Positions 21,145 to 29,887 of a DNA stretch of 64,000 bases are shown one piece after another (position 1 is the first letter of the stretch; every line of letters begins with the position of its first letter). The notes below the pieces were generated by a model that saw nothing but the letters and a program-made list of their open reading frames with translations, was not told the origin of the DNA and did not search any database. Made by a program: the position numbers and the translations under genes. The DNA comes from Candidatus Bathyarchaeota archaeon (GTDB lineage Archaea; Thermoproteota; Bathyarchaeia; 40CM-2-53-6). The stretch is taken from positions 544,001 to 608,000 of the forward strand of contig CAVSBL010000002.1 of assembly GCA_963726255.1 (NCBI GenBank), read 5' to 3'.

Positions 21145-22022
21145 AGCAGAATAATTCCCGCCAACACCCAGCCTCTCTGATGGGGAACCTGCTCTCACCG
21201 CTCATAGGAAAGGGGCGCGGCAGGGCTTTGATGTTCGTTGGCATTGGAATAGCCTTGGTCATAACTCTCATGAGCGTGACTGCCCCGTTCATCTCACCCC
21301 ACGACCCAACGGTCATCGGCTTGGGGCCTGTAAACTCCCCCCCGAGTGCTAAATTTCCTCTTGGAACGGATCAATATGGCCGAGACCTTCTCAGCCGGAC
21401 AATTTGGGGTGGGCGGTTCATACTGCTCGTCGCAGTCGCGGCAGTTTTGATCTGTATGGCTGTAGGGTTGCCGATCGGGCTCGTATCGGCTTACAATGGT
21501 GGTAATCTGGACAGGACCGTGGCGCTTGTAATGGATAGCATCTATGCCTTTCCGAGTCTGGTGCTCGCCATAATGATCATCAGCGTGTTCGGCGTTTCAA
21601 TAATCAACGAAGCGTTGGCAATCGCTGTGGTTTACATACCAACTTACTTCAGAGTAGTAAGAAGTCAGGTACTCGCGATTAAGGAGATGCCGTACGTAGA
21701 CGCCGCAAAGTCCGTTGGCGCAAACGGCCCTTCAATTTTGCTAAAATACATCTTGCCAAACGTGATTTCATCGACCGTTGTGGTTGCCACGGTTAACTTT
21801 GCTGACTCAATTCTTACGACAGCAGGGCTTGATTTCATAGGCTTAGGCTTGCCAGTTACCCTTCCGGACTGGGGAATAGACCTCACATATGGCAGGATGT
21901 CTCTGCCCACTGGAAGTTGGTGGACCATATTCTTTTCAGGTCTCATGATTCTCCTGGCTGCACTGGGCTTCTCTCTGATCAGCGAGGGTTACGCTGAGAG
22001 GACAAATCCCAAACTCCGGTGA
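21141..22022 (+). CDS. ABC permease (OppC/DppC-like)
   Basis: LGTDQYGRD, YVDAAKSVGA, ILPN. Confidence 0.93.
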   Translation: MKQNNSRQHPASLMGNLLSPLIGKGRGRALMFVGIGIALVITLMSVTAPFISPHDPTVIGLGPVNSPPSAKFPLGTDQYGRDLLSRTIWGGRFILLVAVAAVLICMAVGLPIGLVSAYNGGNLDRTVALVMDSIYAFPSLVLAIMIISVFGVSIINEALAIAVVYIPTYFRVVRSQVLAIKEMPYVDAAKSVGANGPSILLKYILPNVISSTVVVATVNFADSILTTAGLDFIGLGLPVTLPDWGIDLTYGRMSLPTGSWWTIFFSGLMILLAALGFSLISEGYAERTNPKLR

Positions 22023-22026
22023 AATC

Positions 22027-23010
22027 TTGGACGCACTTGTAGACATTGAAGCTCTCTCGGTCGAGTACAGGACTGATGTTATTGCACAGGCGGTACAAGA
22101 TGTCTCGCTAGAAATCAGAAAAGGAGAAACACTTGGACTAGTTGGCGAATCCGGGTCGGGAAAATCTACCCTAGGAATGGCGCTGATGGGGCTCATCCAG
22201 CCTCCAGGGTACATTACTTCTGGAGAAGTAACCTTTGACGGAATGGACCTCAGGCACCTAAGCAAGGATGCCCTAAGAAACATTCGGGGAAAAAGGATCG
22301 CGATGATCTTCCAAGACCCCATGACTTCCCTAAATCCTGTCAAGAAGATTGGCAATCATTTTATAGAGTATATCCAGGCGCATGAGCCGAACACTTCTGA
22401 GGGAAAAGCGAGGTCAATTGCGGAAACGGCCTTAGCCGACCTTGGAATTCCTGCTTCAAGGATCGACGACTACCCGCACCAGTTCAGCGGTGGAATGAGG
22501 CAAAGAGTCATGATCGGCCTAGCGCTCGCGTTAAGTCCGTCCCTCATAATAGCGGATGAACCAACCACAGCGCTAGACGTTATCGTGGAAGCCCAAATTC
22601 TGAAACTTCTAAGGGACCTGAAAGCGAAGTATTCGCTTTCCCTCATGCTCATCACACACAATATGGGCATCGTTGCAGAAATGGCGGATAGAGTTGCCGT
22701 AATGTACGCCGGGAGAATTGCCGAAGTCGCTCCAACAACCAAGATATTCGAGGACCCGAAACACCCCTACACCAAGGCGCTCTTGGACACAATTCCTAAC
22801 ATCCAAGTTGAAGACAAGGTCCTCAACACTATCCCAGGTTCGCCACCGAGTCTAACCGATCCGCCACCAGGTTGTCCCTTTCATCCCCGATGCCCTTACG
22901 CGTTCGAGAGGTGTCGAGCTGAAGTGCCCGAACCCATCGTGACCGGAACTGAGTCTGAAGCGGCTTGTTTTCTGCTGGAGGGTGTAGTAGCTCGCCATTC
23001 ATTGAAGTAA
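22027..23010 (+). CDS. ABC ATPase (OppD-like)
   Basis: GESGSGKS, FSGGMRQR, DEPT, GCPFHPRC. Confidence 0.95.
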   Translation: MDALVDIEALSVEYRTDVIAQAVQDVSLEIRKGETLGLVGESGSGKSTLGMALMGLIQPPGYITSGEVTFDGMDLRHLSKDALRNIRGKRIAMIFQDPMTSLNPVKKIGNHFIEYIQAHEPNTSEGKARSIAETALADLGIPASRIDDYPHQFSGGMRQRVMIGLALALSPSLIIADEPTTALDVIVEAQILKLLRDLKAKYSLSLMLITHNMGIVAEMADRVAVMYAGRIAEVAPTTKIFEDPKHPYTKALLDTIPNIQVEDKVLNTIPGSPPSLTDPPPGCPFHPRCPYAFERCRAEVPEPIVTGTESEAACFLLEGVVARHSLK

Positions 23011-23978
23011 AGAATCTGAAGAAGTACTTCCCGGTTTCGAAGGGACTTGTGGCTCAACTGATGTCCCGCACAGGCGAGTCTGTCAAAGCAGTAGATAACG
23101 TCACATTCAATGTGGAAAAGGGCGATGTGTTTGGCCTTGTTGGGGAATCAGGCAGCGGAAAGACCACGACTGGCAAGATCACAGCGGGCCTTCTCAGACC
23201 TACCAGCGGTAAGGTCATGATTGACGGCGTCGATCTCTACACCCTCGAACGGAAGAAGCTCCGTGCGTTCAGACGCAAAATGCAGTTCGTTTTCCAAGAC
23301 CCATTATCCTCCTTAAATCCGAAGATGACAATTGGTAACGCGATTGCAGAACCGCTGCGCTATCTGAGCGACGTACCCGCATCAAAAAGACGAAACCAAG
23401 TTCTTGCGATTCTAGAAAGAGTTGGGTTATCGCCCGCCGACTCGTTCTATTCAAGATACCCCCACCACCTTAGTGGTGGGCAGAGACAGAGGGTGGTTAT
23501 CGCGAGAGCGATTTCGATAGATCCTGAATACTTGATCGCAGACGAACCCGTGGCAATGGTTGATGTTTCCGTTAGGGCCCAAATAATCGAGCTGCTTCTG
23601 AAAATGCAGCGGGAACTGAACCTAACGATATTACTCATAACCCATGACTTGGCAGTCGCCAAATACATGTGCAACAAGATTTCTGTCATGTATCTTGGTA
23701 AGATTATGGAATCGGGACGAAGGAAAGATATCTTCGCAAATCCACTGCATCCTTACACGCAAGCCTTGCTCCAAGCTGTTCCTATTCCGAATCCAAGGCA
23801 ACGCTCGGACAAGCAAATACCGCTAGGGGAAATACCAAGCGCGTTGAACCCGCCAGCCGGATGCGTATTTCATCCACGCTGCCCATTCGTTTTCGGCAGG
23901 TGCTCTGTTGAAGTGCCAGAACTTCTCGAACGGGATGCGGGACACTTCGTCGCCTGCCACCTCTATTCAGGGAAATAG
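22965..23978 (+). CDS. ABC ATPase (OppF-like); start uncertain
   Basis: [27 protein letters not shown]. Confidence 0.94.
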   Translation: MFSAGGCSSSPFIEVKNLKKYFPVSKGLVAQLMSRTGESVKAVDNVTFNVEKGDVFGLVGESGSGKTTTGKITAGLLRPTSGKVMIDGVDLYTLERKKLRAFRRKMQFVFQDPLSSLNPKMTIGNAIAEPLRYLSDVPASKRRNQVLAILERVGLSPADSFYSRYPHHLSGGQRQRVVIARAISIDPEYLIADEPVAMVDVSVRAQIIELLLKMQRELNLTILLITHDLAVAKYMCNKISVMYLGKIMESGRRKDIFANPLHPYTQALLQAVPIPNPRQRSDKQIPLGEIPSALNPPAGCVFHPRCPFVFGRCSVEVPELLERDAGHFVACHLYSGK

Positions 23979-24001
23979 AATAGAGTTCGGTGGGCGTCAG
24001 C

Positions 24002-24403
24002 TCATTCAGCGGGTGACCGCGTCGCTCTTCTGCGCATTTCCCATTTAGTTGCTGATTCGAATCCGAGGCGTTGGTAGAATTCCTCAGTTCCGTCGAAGGG
24101 TATGACTGAAAATGCGCTCTCCGGATAATGGTCTAGGGCAGCCTGAATCAAGCCAGTGCCGACGCCGCGGCCTTTGTGCAAGGCGGACACTTGAAGGTAC
24201 ATGACCTTGAATTCATTCGGGCCTGCTCTCCCGAGCACAGTCAACCCTACGATACTATCTCCCTCGACCGCAATCCAGAACTCGTGTCCTATGCCTAAGA
24301 CGTTGAATTCGATGCTCTCCGCCGTCGCGGATAACCCCTCAGAAATCTGCAGCTTTGATAAGTCCTCGAGGTTCCCCTTACGATAAACAATCGGAGAGGT
24401 CAT
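24002..24403 (-). CDS. GNAT acetyltransferase
   Basis: V...HKGRGVG..LI, FYQRLGF. Confidence 0.85.
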   Translation of the reverse strand: MTSPIVYRKGNLEDLSKLQISEGLSATAESIEFNVLGIGHEFWIAVEGDSIVGLTVLGRAGPNEFKVMYLQVSALHKGRGVGTGLIQAALDHYPESAFSVIPFDGTEEFYQRLGFESATKWEMRRRATRSPAE

Positions 24404-24516
24404 TCACAACACCGAATTCCTCATTGATTTAACCACAAGGTTTATGTTTAGTCATCCCGAACCGGTCGCCGAACGAAACTCACAATTCTATCGAACAGTC
24501 TAGGATATGATGATTC

Positions 24517-25251
24517 TTGGGTAAACAGATTCGCGTCCAACGAAGAGGAAAGGGCGGGTCGGTTTTCAGAGCCCGAACTTTTCGGCGAATCGCACCCGCA
24601 CGATTTCCCCCCGCCGCAGCGGACTACCCGTCACTGAAAGGCGTTGTCAAGGAGATTATGCACGAGTCCGCTAGAGGAGCACCGCTTGCGTTTGTGGAGT
24701 TCGCCAATGGTACTGCTTGCTGTCTTCCTGCGCCCGAGGGCCTCGCATTAAACCAAGGCATAACCGTTGGAACCGACGCCTCGCCCGACATTGGAAACGT
24801 CTTGCCACTTGGCCGCGTTCCGGAAGGGACGATGGTATCGAGCGTAGAATTACGGCCTGGCGATGGAGGCCGTTTGGCCAAATCTTCAGGGACATATTGT
24901 ATGATCGTCTCGCACACACCACAGGGAACAGAGGTTCGCATGCCCTCAGGGAAATCAGTCTACATGAACGACCAATGTCGAGCAATGGTGGGCGTTGTGG
25001 CTGGCGCGGGAAGAATCGAGAAACCCTTCCTGAAGGCTGGAAACGTCATGAAATTAATGAGGGCACGCGGCCGGGTCTGGCCAACTACCTCGGGACAGAA
25101 GATGATATCGGCCTCTCACCCTCATGGTGGTGGAAGGCACAAACATGCTGGAAAACCAACCACAGTCGGCCGAAACACACCGCCGGGAAGAAAAGTTGGA
25201 ATGATCGCCGCCCGACAGACTGGCCGAGCGAAGAGAGCGATTAGAACTTGA
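24517..25251 (+). CDS. rpl2: 50S ribosomal protein uL2
   Basis: MGKQIRVQRRGKG, ELRPGDGG, HPHGGG, PPGRKVG.IAARQTG. Confidence 0.97.
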   Translation: MGKQIRVQRRGKGGSVFRARTFRRIAPARFPPAAADYPSLKGVVKEIMHESARGAPLAFVEFANGTACCLPAPEGLALNQGITVGTDASPDIGNVLPLGRVPEGTMVSSVELRPGDGGRLAKSSGTYCMIVSHTPQGTEVRMPSGKSVYMNDQCRAMVGVVAGAGRIEKPFLKAGNVMKLMRARGRVWPTTSGQKMISASHPHGGGRHKHAGKPTTVGRNTPPGRKVGMIAARQTGRAKRAIRT

Positions 25252-25268
25252 CGACGCTGGTGATTTAG

Positions 25269-25661
25269 ATGACCCTAGTAGACCCATTATCAAATGCTCT
25301 GAACACTATTTACAATAATGAAAGACGACACAAGCGCGACTGTATCGTCTGGCCAGCCTCGAAGTTAATGGGGCAGGTTCTGCGAGTCATGCAAAAGAAC
25401 GGTTACATTGGAGAATTCGAGTTCATCGACGACGGTCGTGCAGGCAAATACCGAGTCCAGCTCTTGGGCCGAGTCAACAAGTGCGGCGTCATCAAGCCGA
25501 GATATGCCGTCAGGACTCCAGAAATCGAAGCCTGGGAGGAACGGTATCTCCCCTCACGTGAGGTCGGCGTTCTCATCGTGAGCACGCCGAAAGGTGTAGT
25601 GTCCCACATGGACGCCAGAACTGCCAAGACAGGCGGACGTCTCCTCGCGTACGTCTTCTAA
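25269..25661 (+). CDS. rps8: 30S ribosomal protein uS8
   Basis: DPLSNAL, GYIGEFE.IDDGRAG, NKCGVIKPR, STPKG, GGRLLAYV. Confidence 0.97.
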   Translation: MTLVDPLSNALNTIYNNERRHKRDCIVWPASKLMGQVLRVMQKNGYIGEFEFIDDGRAGKYRVQLLGRVNKCGVIKPRYAVRTPEIEAWEERYLPSREVGVLIVSTPKGVVSHMDARTAKTGGRLLAYVF

Positions 25662-25731
25662 CTACATCCAGCTGGAAACGCTTTAATTGTGCACTGAGGA
25701 GTCGAGGTTACTTCAAAGAGCGAACTAGAAA

Positions 25732-26331
25732 TTGGCAAAAGGACCGCAATACAACCTCCCCTTTCGACGAAGGCGCGAAGGAAGGACCCACTACGGAAAA
25801 AGGGAAAAACTTGTAACTTCAGGAATTGCGCGGTTCGTTATACGTCCGACGAACAAGCACTTGGGCGCTCAAGTTATTCAGGCGAAACCTGAAGGCGATT
25901 TCGTACTTGCCAGTGCTCATTCATCTGAGTTGAAAGAGTTCGGATGGAAAGCGCCTTGCGGGAACATGCCCGCAGCTTATCTTACAGGGCTGCTTGCTGG
26001 CCGGAGGGCCAAGGCCAACGGCGTGTCTGAAGCAATCTTGGACATTGGTTTATACTCGAGGGGTCCAGGGTCGCGCATATTTGCTGCGACAAAAGGAGCT
26101 CTAGACGCGGGACTTACCATACCACATGACGAAAGGGTGCTCCCGAAGGCCGAGCGCATCAGAGGTCAGCACGTTGGAAATTACTCCAAAGAACTAGCCT
26201 CAGACGCAGAGGCCCACAAGAAAAGATTCTCATCCTATCTAAAGCACAGACTGAAGCCGGAGGATCTACCGGACCATGTCGCACAGGTGGAGGTAAAGAT
26301 TAGCGCTTCGCAGAAGGAAGCTGCCAAATGA
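25732..26331 (+). CDS. rpl18: 50S ribosomal protein uL18
   Basis: RRRREGRT.Y..R, N.PAAYLTG, LDIGL, KGALDAGL.IPH. Confidence 0.96.
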   Translation: MAKGPQYNLPFRRRREGRTHYGKREKLVTSGIARFVIRPTNKHLGAQVIQAKPEGDFVLASAHSSELKEFGWKAPCGNMPAAYLTGLLAGRRAKANGVSEAILDIGLYSRGPGSRIFAATKGALDAGLTIPHDERVLPKAERIRGQHVGNYSKELASDAEAHKKRFSSYLKHRLKPEDLPDHVAQVEVKISASQKEAAK

Positions 26332-26951
26332 GTACACCTCAGAAACGTAAAGCAAAGCCCAAAGCACCGCGCAAAGCGAAAGCTAAGGTCCCCCGCAAGC
26401 GTGCAGTTCCCGCCAAGAAACCTGTAGAAAAGGCAGTTGTACTACCACCTCAGAAGAAAGTAGTTGCGCCGGAGAAGGTGTTCGTCTTTGCAATTCGCCT
26501 GAAGGGGTCTTTCGGCACGCCGGTGGATGCCGAAAGAACATTGGCAAGCCTGAGACTTGACAGGAAATTCAACGCAGTACTCCTAGAGAATAACGCGAAC
26601 GTAATGGCGACGTTGCGGAAGGCAAAGGATTACGTGACGTGGGGTGAAGCCAAACCCCGAGATATTGCAATGTTGCTAAGGGAACGTGGAGAACTTCTCG
26701 GCGGGTTACCGCTTACCGACAAGTCGGCCCACGACAAGTTCGGAGCGCAGTCTGTAGACGGACTGGCGTCCGCACTTGCAGACGGGAGCATCACACTGAA
26801 AATGCTTTTGGAGAAAGGACTAAAACCCGTGTTCAGGCTTCGGCCACCATCCGGGGGCTTTGACGCGAGCACCAAGCGGCCGCACGGAAGCAGAGGCGAG
26901 CTAGGGTACAGAGGACCAGACATAGCAAATCTGGTAGCAAGGATGAGCTAA
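26328..26951 (+). CDS. rpl30: 50S ribosomal protein uL30 (archaeal long form) with Lys/Pro N-terminal extension
   Basis: AIRLKG, KDYVTWGE, FRLRPPSGG, GELGYRG. Confidence 0.93.
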   Translation: MSTPQKRKAKPKAPRKAKAKVPRKRAVPAKKPVEKAVVLPPQKKVVAPEKVFVFAIRLKGSFGTPVDAERTLASLRLDRKFNAVLLENNANVMATLRKAKDYVTWGEAKPRDIAMLLRERGELLGGLPLTDKSAHDKFGAQSVDGLASALADGSITLKMLLEKGLKPVFRLRPPSGGFDASTKRPHGSRGELGYRGPDIANLVARMS

Positions 26952-27000
26952 CCTACGAGACGAGTTTTCCTTAGGAACCGATCCTCCATATTGATAACCA

Positions 27001-27780
27001 ATGGCGCAACGTACTCCTATTACCCTAATCCCGGTAAAATTTCCGCTGGCCGAACAGGGCCAAGATCTCGGTGAACTTGTCGAGCGCGCCCTTGATAATC
27101 AAAACACGCGGCTGAGGAATGGTGACGTGCTCGCCGTGGCGAGCAAGGTTGCATCTCTGTGCGAGAACCGAATCTTGAGACTTGACCGCGTTCAAGTATC
27201 GACCAGAGCGAAACGACTCGCCGAGCGATGGCAAATTGATCCCCGCCTGGTATCCATCGTCGTTCAAGAAGCGGATTTGATTCTTGGTGGAACACGCGGT
27301 TTTCTGCTTACTGTCAAAGACGGCATCCTGACGGCAAATGCGGGGGTGGACATGAAGAACTCACCCCGAGGGTCAGTGAGCTTGTGGCCCGACAACCCGG
27401 ATCATTCTGCGGCGCGGCTCCGACGGCATCTACAGAATAAAAAGGCTATTCGGCTTGGAGTTGAAATAGTGGATAGCCGGGTGACAGCCTTGCGATTAGG
27501 AACCGTAGGACTCGCCATTGGCGTATCTGGCTTCAAACCTATTCTGGACTACAGGGCGAAACTTGATCTCTACGGACGCAAAGTGAAGGTTACTCAATCA
27601 AATATCGCTGACGACTTGGCAGCCGCGGCTCACATGCTAATGGGTGAAACTAGGGAACAGGTTGGAGCTGTCTTAGCGAGAAACGCTCCCGTAACCTTCG
27701 ACGGCTCCGATACTTCAGCACAGGGAAAGTTGAATTCGCAACGCTGCCTGATTGCAAGTGGTTTACGCGGTTTCGGATAA
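27001..27780 (+). CDS. cofE: Coenzyme F420-0:L-glutamate ligase (CofE family)
   Basis: SKV.S.CE, NAGVD..NS, DS..R.G.VG.AIG, ADDLAAAA..LMGE. Confidence 0.88.
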   Translation: MAQRTPITLIPVKFPLAEQGQDLGELVERALDNQNTRLRNGDVLAVASKVASLCENRILRLDRVQVSTRAKRLAERWQIDPRLVSIVVQEADLILGGTRGFLLTVKDGILTANAGVDMKNSPRGSVSLWPDNPDHSAARLRRHLQNKKAIRLGVEIVDSRVTALRLGTVGLAIGVSGFKPILDYRAKLDLYGRKVKVTQSNIADDLAAAAHMLMGETREQVGAVLARNAPVTFDGSDTSAQGKLNSQRCLIASGLRGFG

Positions 27781-29292
27781 TCATACACGCTTGAGCTGAT
27801 ATCGCAAAGCAAATGCGAGAATAATCACTGGAACCAATAGGACGAGGTTGCTGAGCCAGCCAAGGAAGGTATCGTATAATTGCATTTGCTTTGCCCTGTT
27901 GAACAAGTCAATCGCTGCTTGGGCAGCCTCTTTGGTGGTTGAAAAGTCCCTCAAATCGAACGCGTGCTTTGCGATGTCGAGTTGCTCGTTCGCTTGTTGG
28001 ACCAGCGCAACAGCTTGATGTGAGTTCGCATCGATGGTACTGTTCTTTAGAACTTCGGCGGACTCGAGCAACTGTGCGGCTTGAGAATAGTCCAAGGGGA
28101 CGGTCGCCGTGTTAGCGGTCGTCTCAGCCGAGATGGCCATTGCGTCGGCATCTGTGAACTTGCCGAGATCGAATAGTTCGTGCGCATTAGCCAGAAGAGT
28201 TTGTGCCAAGTCAAGGTTATTGAACCTGTTCTCTGTTTCCGCAACTTGTATCGCGCCTTGGGCACGGTACATTGCGTAGACGCTTGTTTGCGCATCCCTG
28301 CCGTCCTCCTCGTCTCCTAGCAACAAACTATACCTATCCTGGGTCGAGTTAAGAGCGATTATCGAAAGATCAGCGCCTGTGTCCAAGAAGACCGCCTTGC
28401 TAACGATGTCGGGTTGGAGCACCTTCTGGAATTGTATCGATGCATTGGTTGGCGGGACATAGCTCACCATAGCACCATACTCTTGGAGATTGTTTCTGTC
28501 ATATCCGATACTCTCGCGCACCTCCACCCAATATTCCCCGGCCCCTACGCCCAAATTGATTCGCAGCGCCAGAGGATCGGTGCTAGGGTCCTCCACCGGA
28601 TTGAGCGTCAGGATCCGACGGCCCGGACTCTCCACTGTCACCACTTGCGAACTATTGATCCAACCTAGGGCCATCTTCGACCAGGAGGACATGTCTCCCG
28701 TTCCACTTGCAGCCACGTCGGCTGGTCCGACCCCAGCTAGCTGAGCTTGCAAACGCCATAGACCAAGCTCAAGTGCGAAAGCATGAGCGTAGGCAGTCCA
28801 ATCACGGTCTTCTTCGACCACAGCGAATCCCGTCACGAGTCCTGTTTTTGTTGAGATAGACCCGTACGAGGCAGGTATGTAATCGCCTGTCAAGCTTGGA
28901 TAGACTGATAGAACCAAGAACACGTAATCAAAGGCGGTAAGGTTGAATGACTGAGACGCTGAATGGAAGGCGTCCTCAGCAACGTTCATTGCTGTCGTGT
29001 AAATGTTGGGAACCGCATATTGCGAGTATAACTTAGGTAATCTAATCCAATCCGTTGCGTTGCCGCTTATCATAACCCTGCTGTATGAAACGTCGTAGAA
29101 ATATCGTGCTACTTTGTTGAAGAAAAGGGTCGTAATCTCATCGCGGCTTGATATATGCAGATATTCCGGAAAGTCGGCAAGTACAAGCAGAGCTTTTCTC
29201 GTTCCGCATACACATTGAGTGTCTTGGTAAGCAGGAGTCAGAAATGAACTTAGCAAAACCGCTGAGAACAGGATGATGATTGGCAGTCGCAT
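27781..29292 (-). CDS. Membrane-anchored M6/InhA-like protein lacking HExxH
   Basis: Signal peptide, L.DFP, YFYDVSY, MSSWSK..LGW, YWVEVR..GYD; helical stalk and C-terminal TM. Confidence 0.7.
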   Translation of the reverse strand: MRLPIIILFSAVLLSSFLTPAYQDTQCVCGTRKALLVLADFPEYLHISSRDEITTLFFNKVARYFYDVSYSRVMISGNATDWIRLPKLYSQYAVPNIYTTAMNVAEDAFHSASQSFNLTAFDYVFLVLSVYPSLTGDYIPASYGSISTKTGLVTGFAVVEEDRDWTAYAHAFALELGLWRLQAQLAGVGPADVAASGTGDMSSWSKMALGWINSSQVVTVESPGRRILTLNPVEDPSTDPLALRINLGVGAGEYWVEVRESIGYDRNNLQEYGAMVSYVPPTNASIQFQKVLQPDIVSKAVFLDTGADLSIIALNSTQDRYSLLLGDEEDGRDAQTSVYAMYRAQGAIQVAETENRFNNLDLAQTLLANAHELFDLGKFTDADAMAISAETTANTATVPLDYSQAAQLLESAEVLKNSTIDANSHQAVALVQQANEQLDIAKHAFDLRDFSTTKEAAQAAIDLFNRAKQMQLYDTFLGWLSNLVLLVPVIILAFALRYQLKRV

Positions 29293-29386
29293 CGTTATTT
29301 TCGAGCTTACGATATCCATTCCCTGCTTCACGTCTCTCACGGGCAAATTTAAAGGTCTTTTATCAGGGAGTTCGCCGCTAACACAT

Positions 29387-29809
29387 GTGAGCGAATTGTT
29401 CGAAAAGGAACGGGCACTTGTAAGGGGTGTGCAGCTAAGAACTGCTTACCGAGTCTACATGTGCCTTTTGAGGTCCCGCGCAGCTTCCGCAAAAGACATT
29501 CAAGAGGCCATGGAGTTCTCTACGCCTGCCCAAGCAAAGTACCACCTGAAAAGACTTGTAGATTTGGGCCTCGCCAAAGAGGATGGAGACGCAACATATA
29601 GAGCCACCGAGCGCAAGTTTGGCATACTCAGATTCTTTTTCAGAATTCGAAATTCAGTTATGCCAATGAGCCTGTTTTACAGCGCGTTCTTCGGAATACT
29701 GACCGTATTCCTGTTTCTCAGATCGCCTACCATAGAAATCTTGCTTATGGGGGCTTTAATTACCGCAAAGGAAGTCGCTGACACCTACACGTTCTATGCG
29801 ATGTTGTGA
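29387..29809 (+). CDS. Winged-HTH protein with two C-terminal TM helices
   Basis: YRVY..LL, AKDIQ..FSTPAQAKYHLKRL.DLGL; hydrophobic C-terminus. Confidence 0.75.
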   Translation: MSELFEKERALVRGVQLRTAYRVYMCLLRSRAASAKDIQEAMEFSTPAQAKYHLKRLVDLGLAKEDGDATYRATERKFGILRFFFRIRNSVMPMSLFYSAFFGILTVFLFLRSPTIEILLMGALITAKEVADTYTFYAML

Positions 29810-29887
29810 CCCTATCATTTGACGCTGTGTGCCCTACACGAAGTCTTAAAACCTGATCGCATGCATTCTTTCATGGGGAAAATTCCT

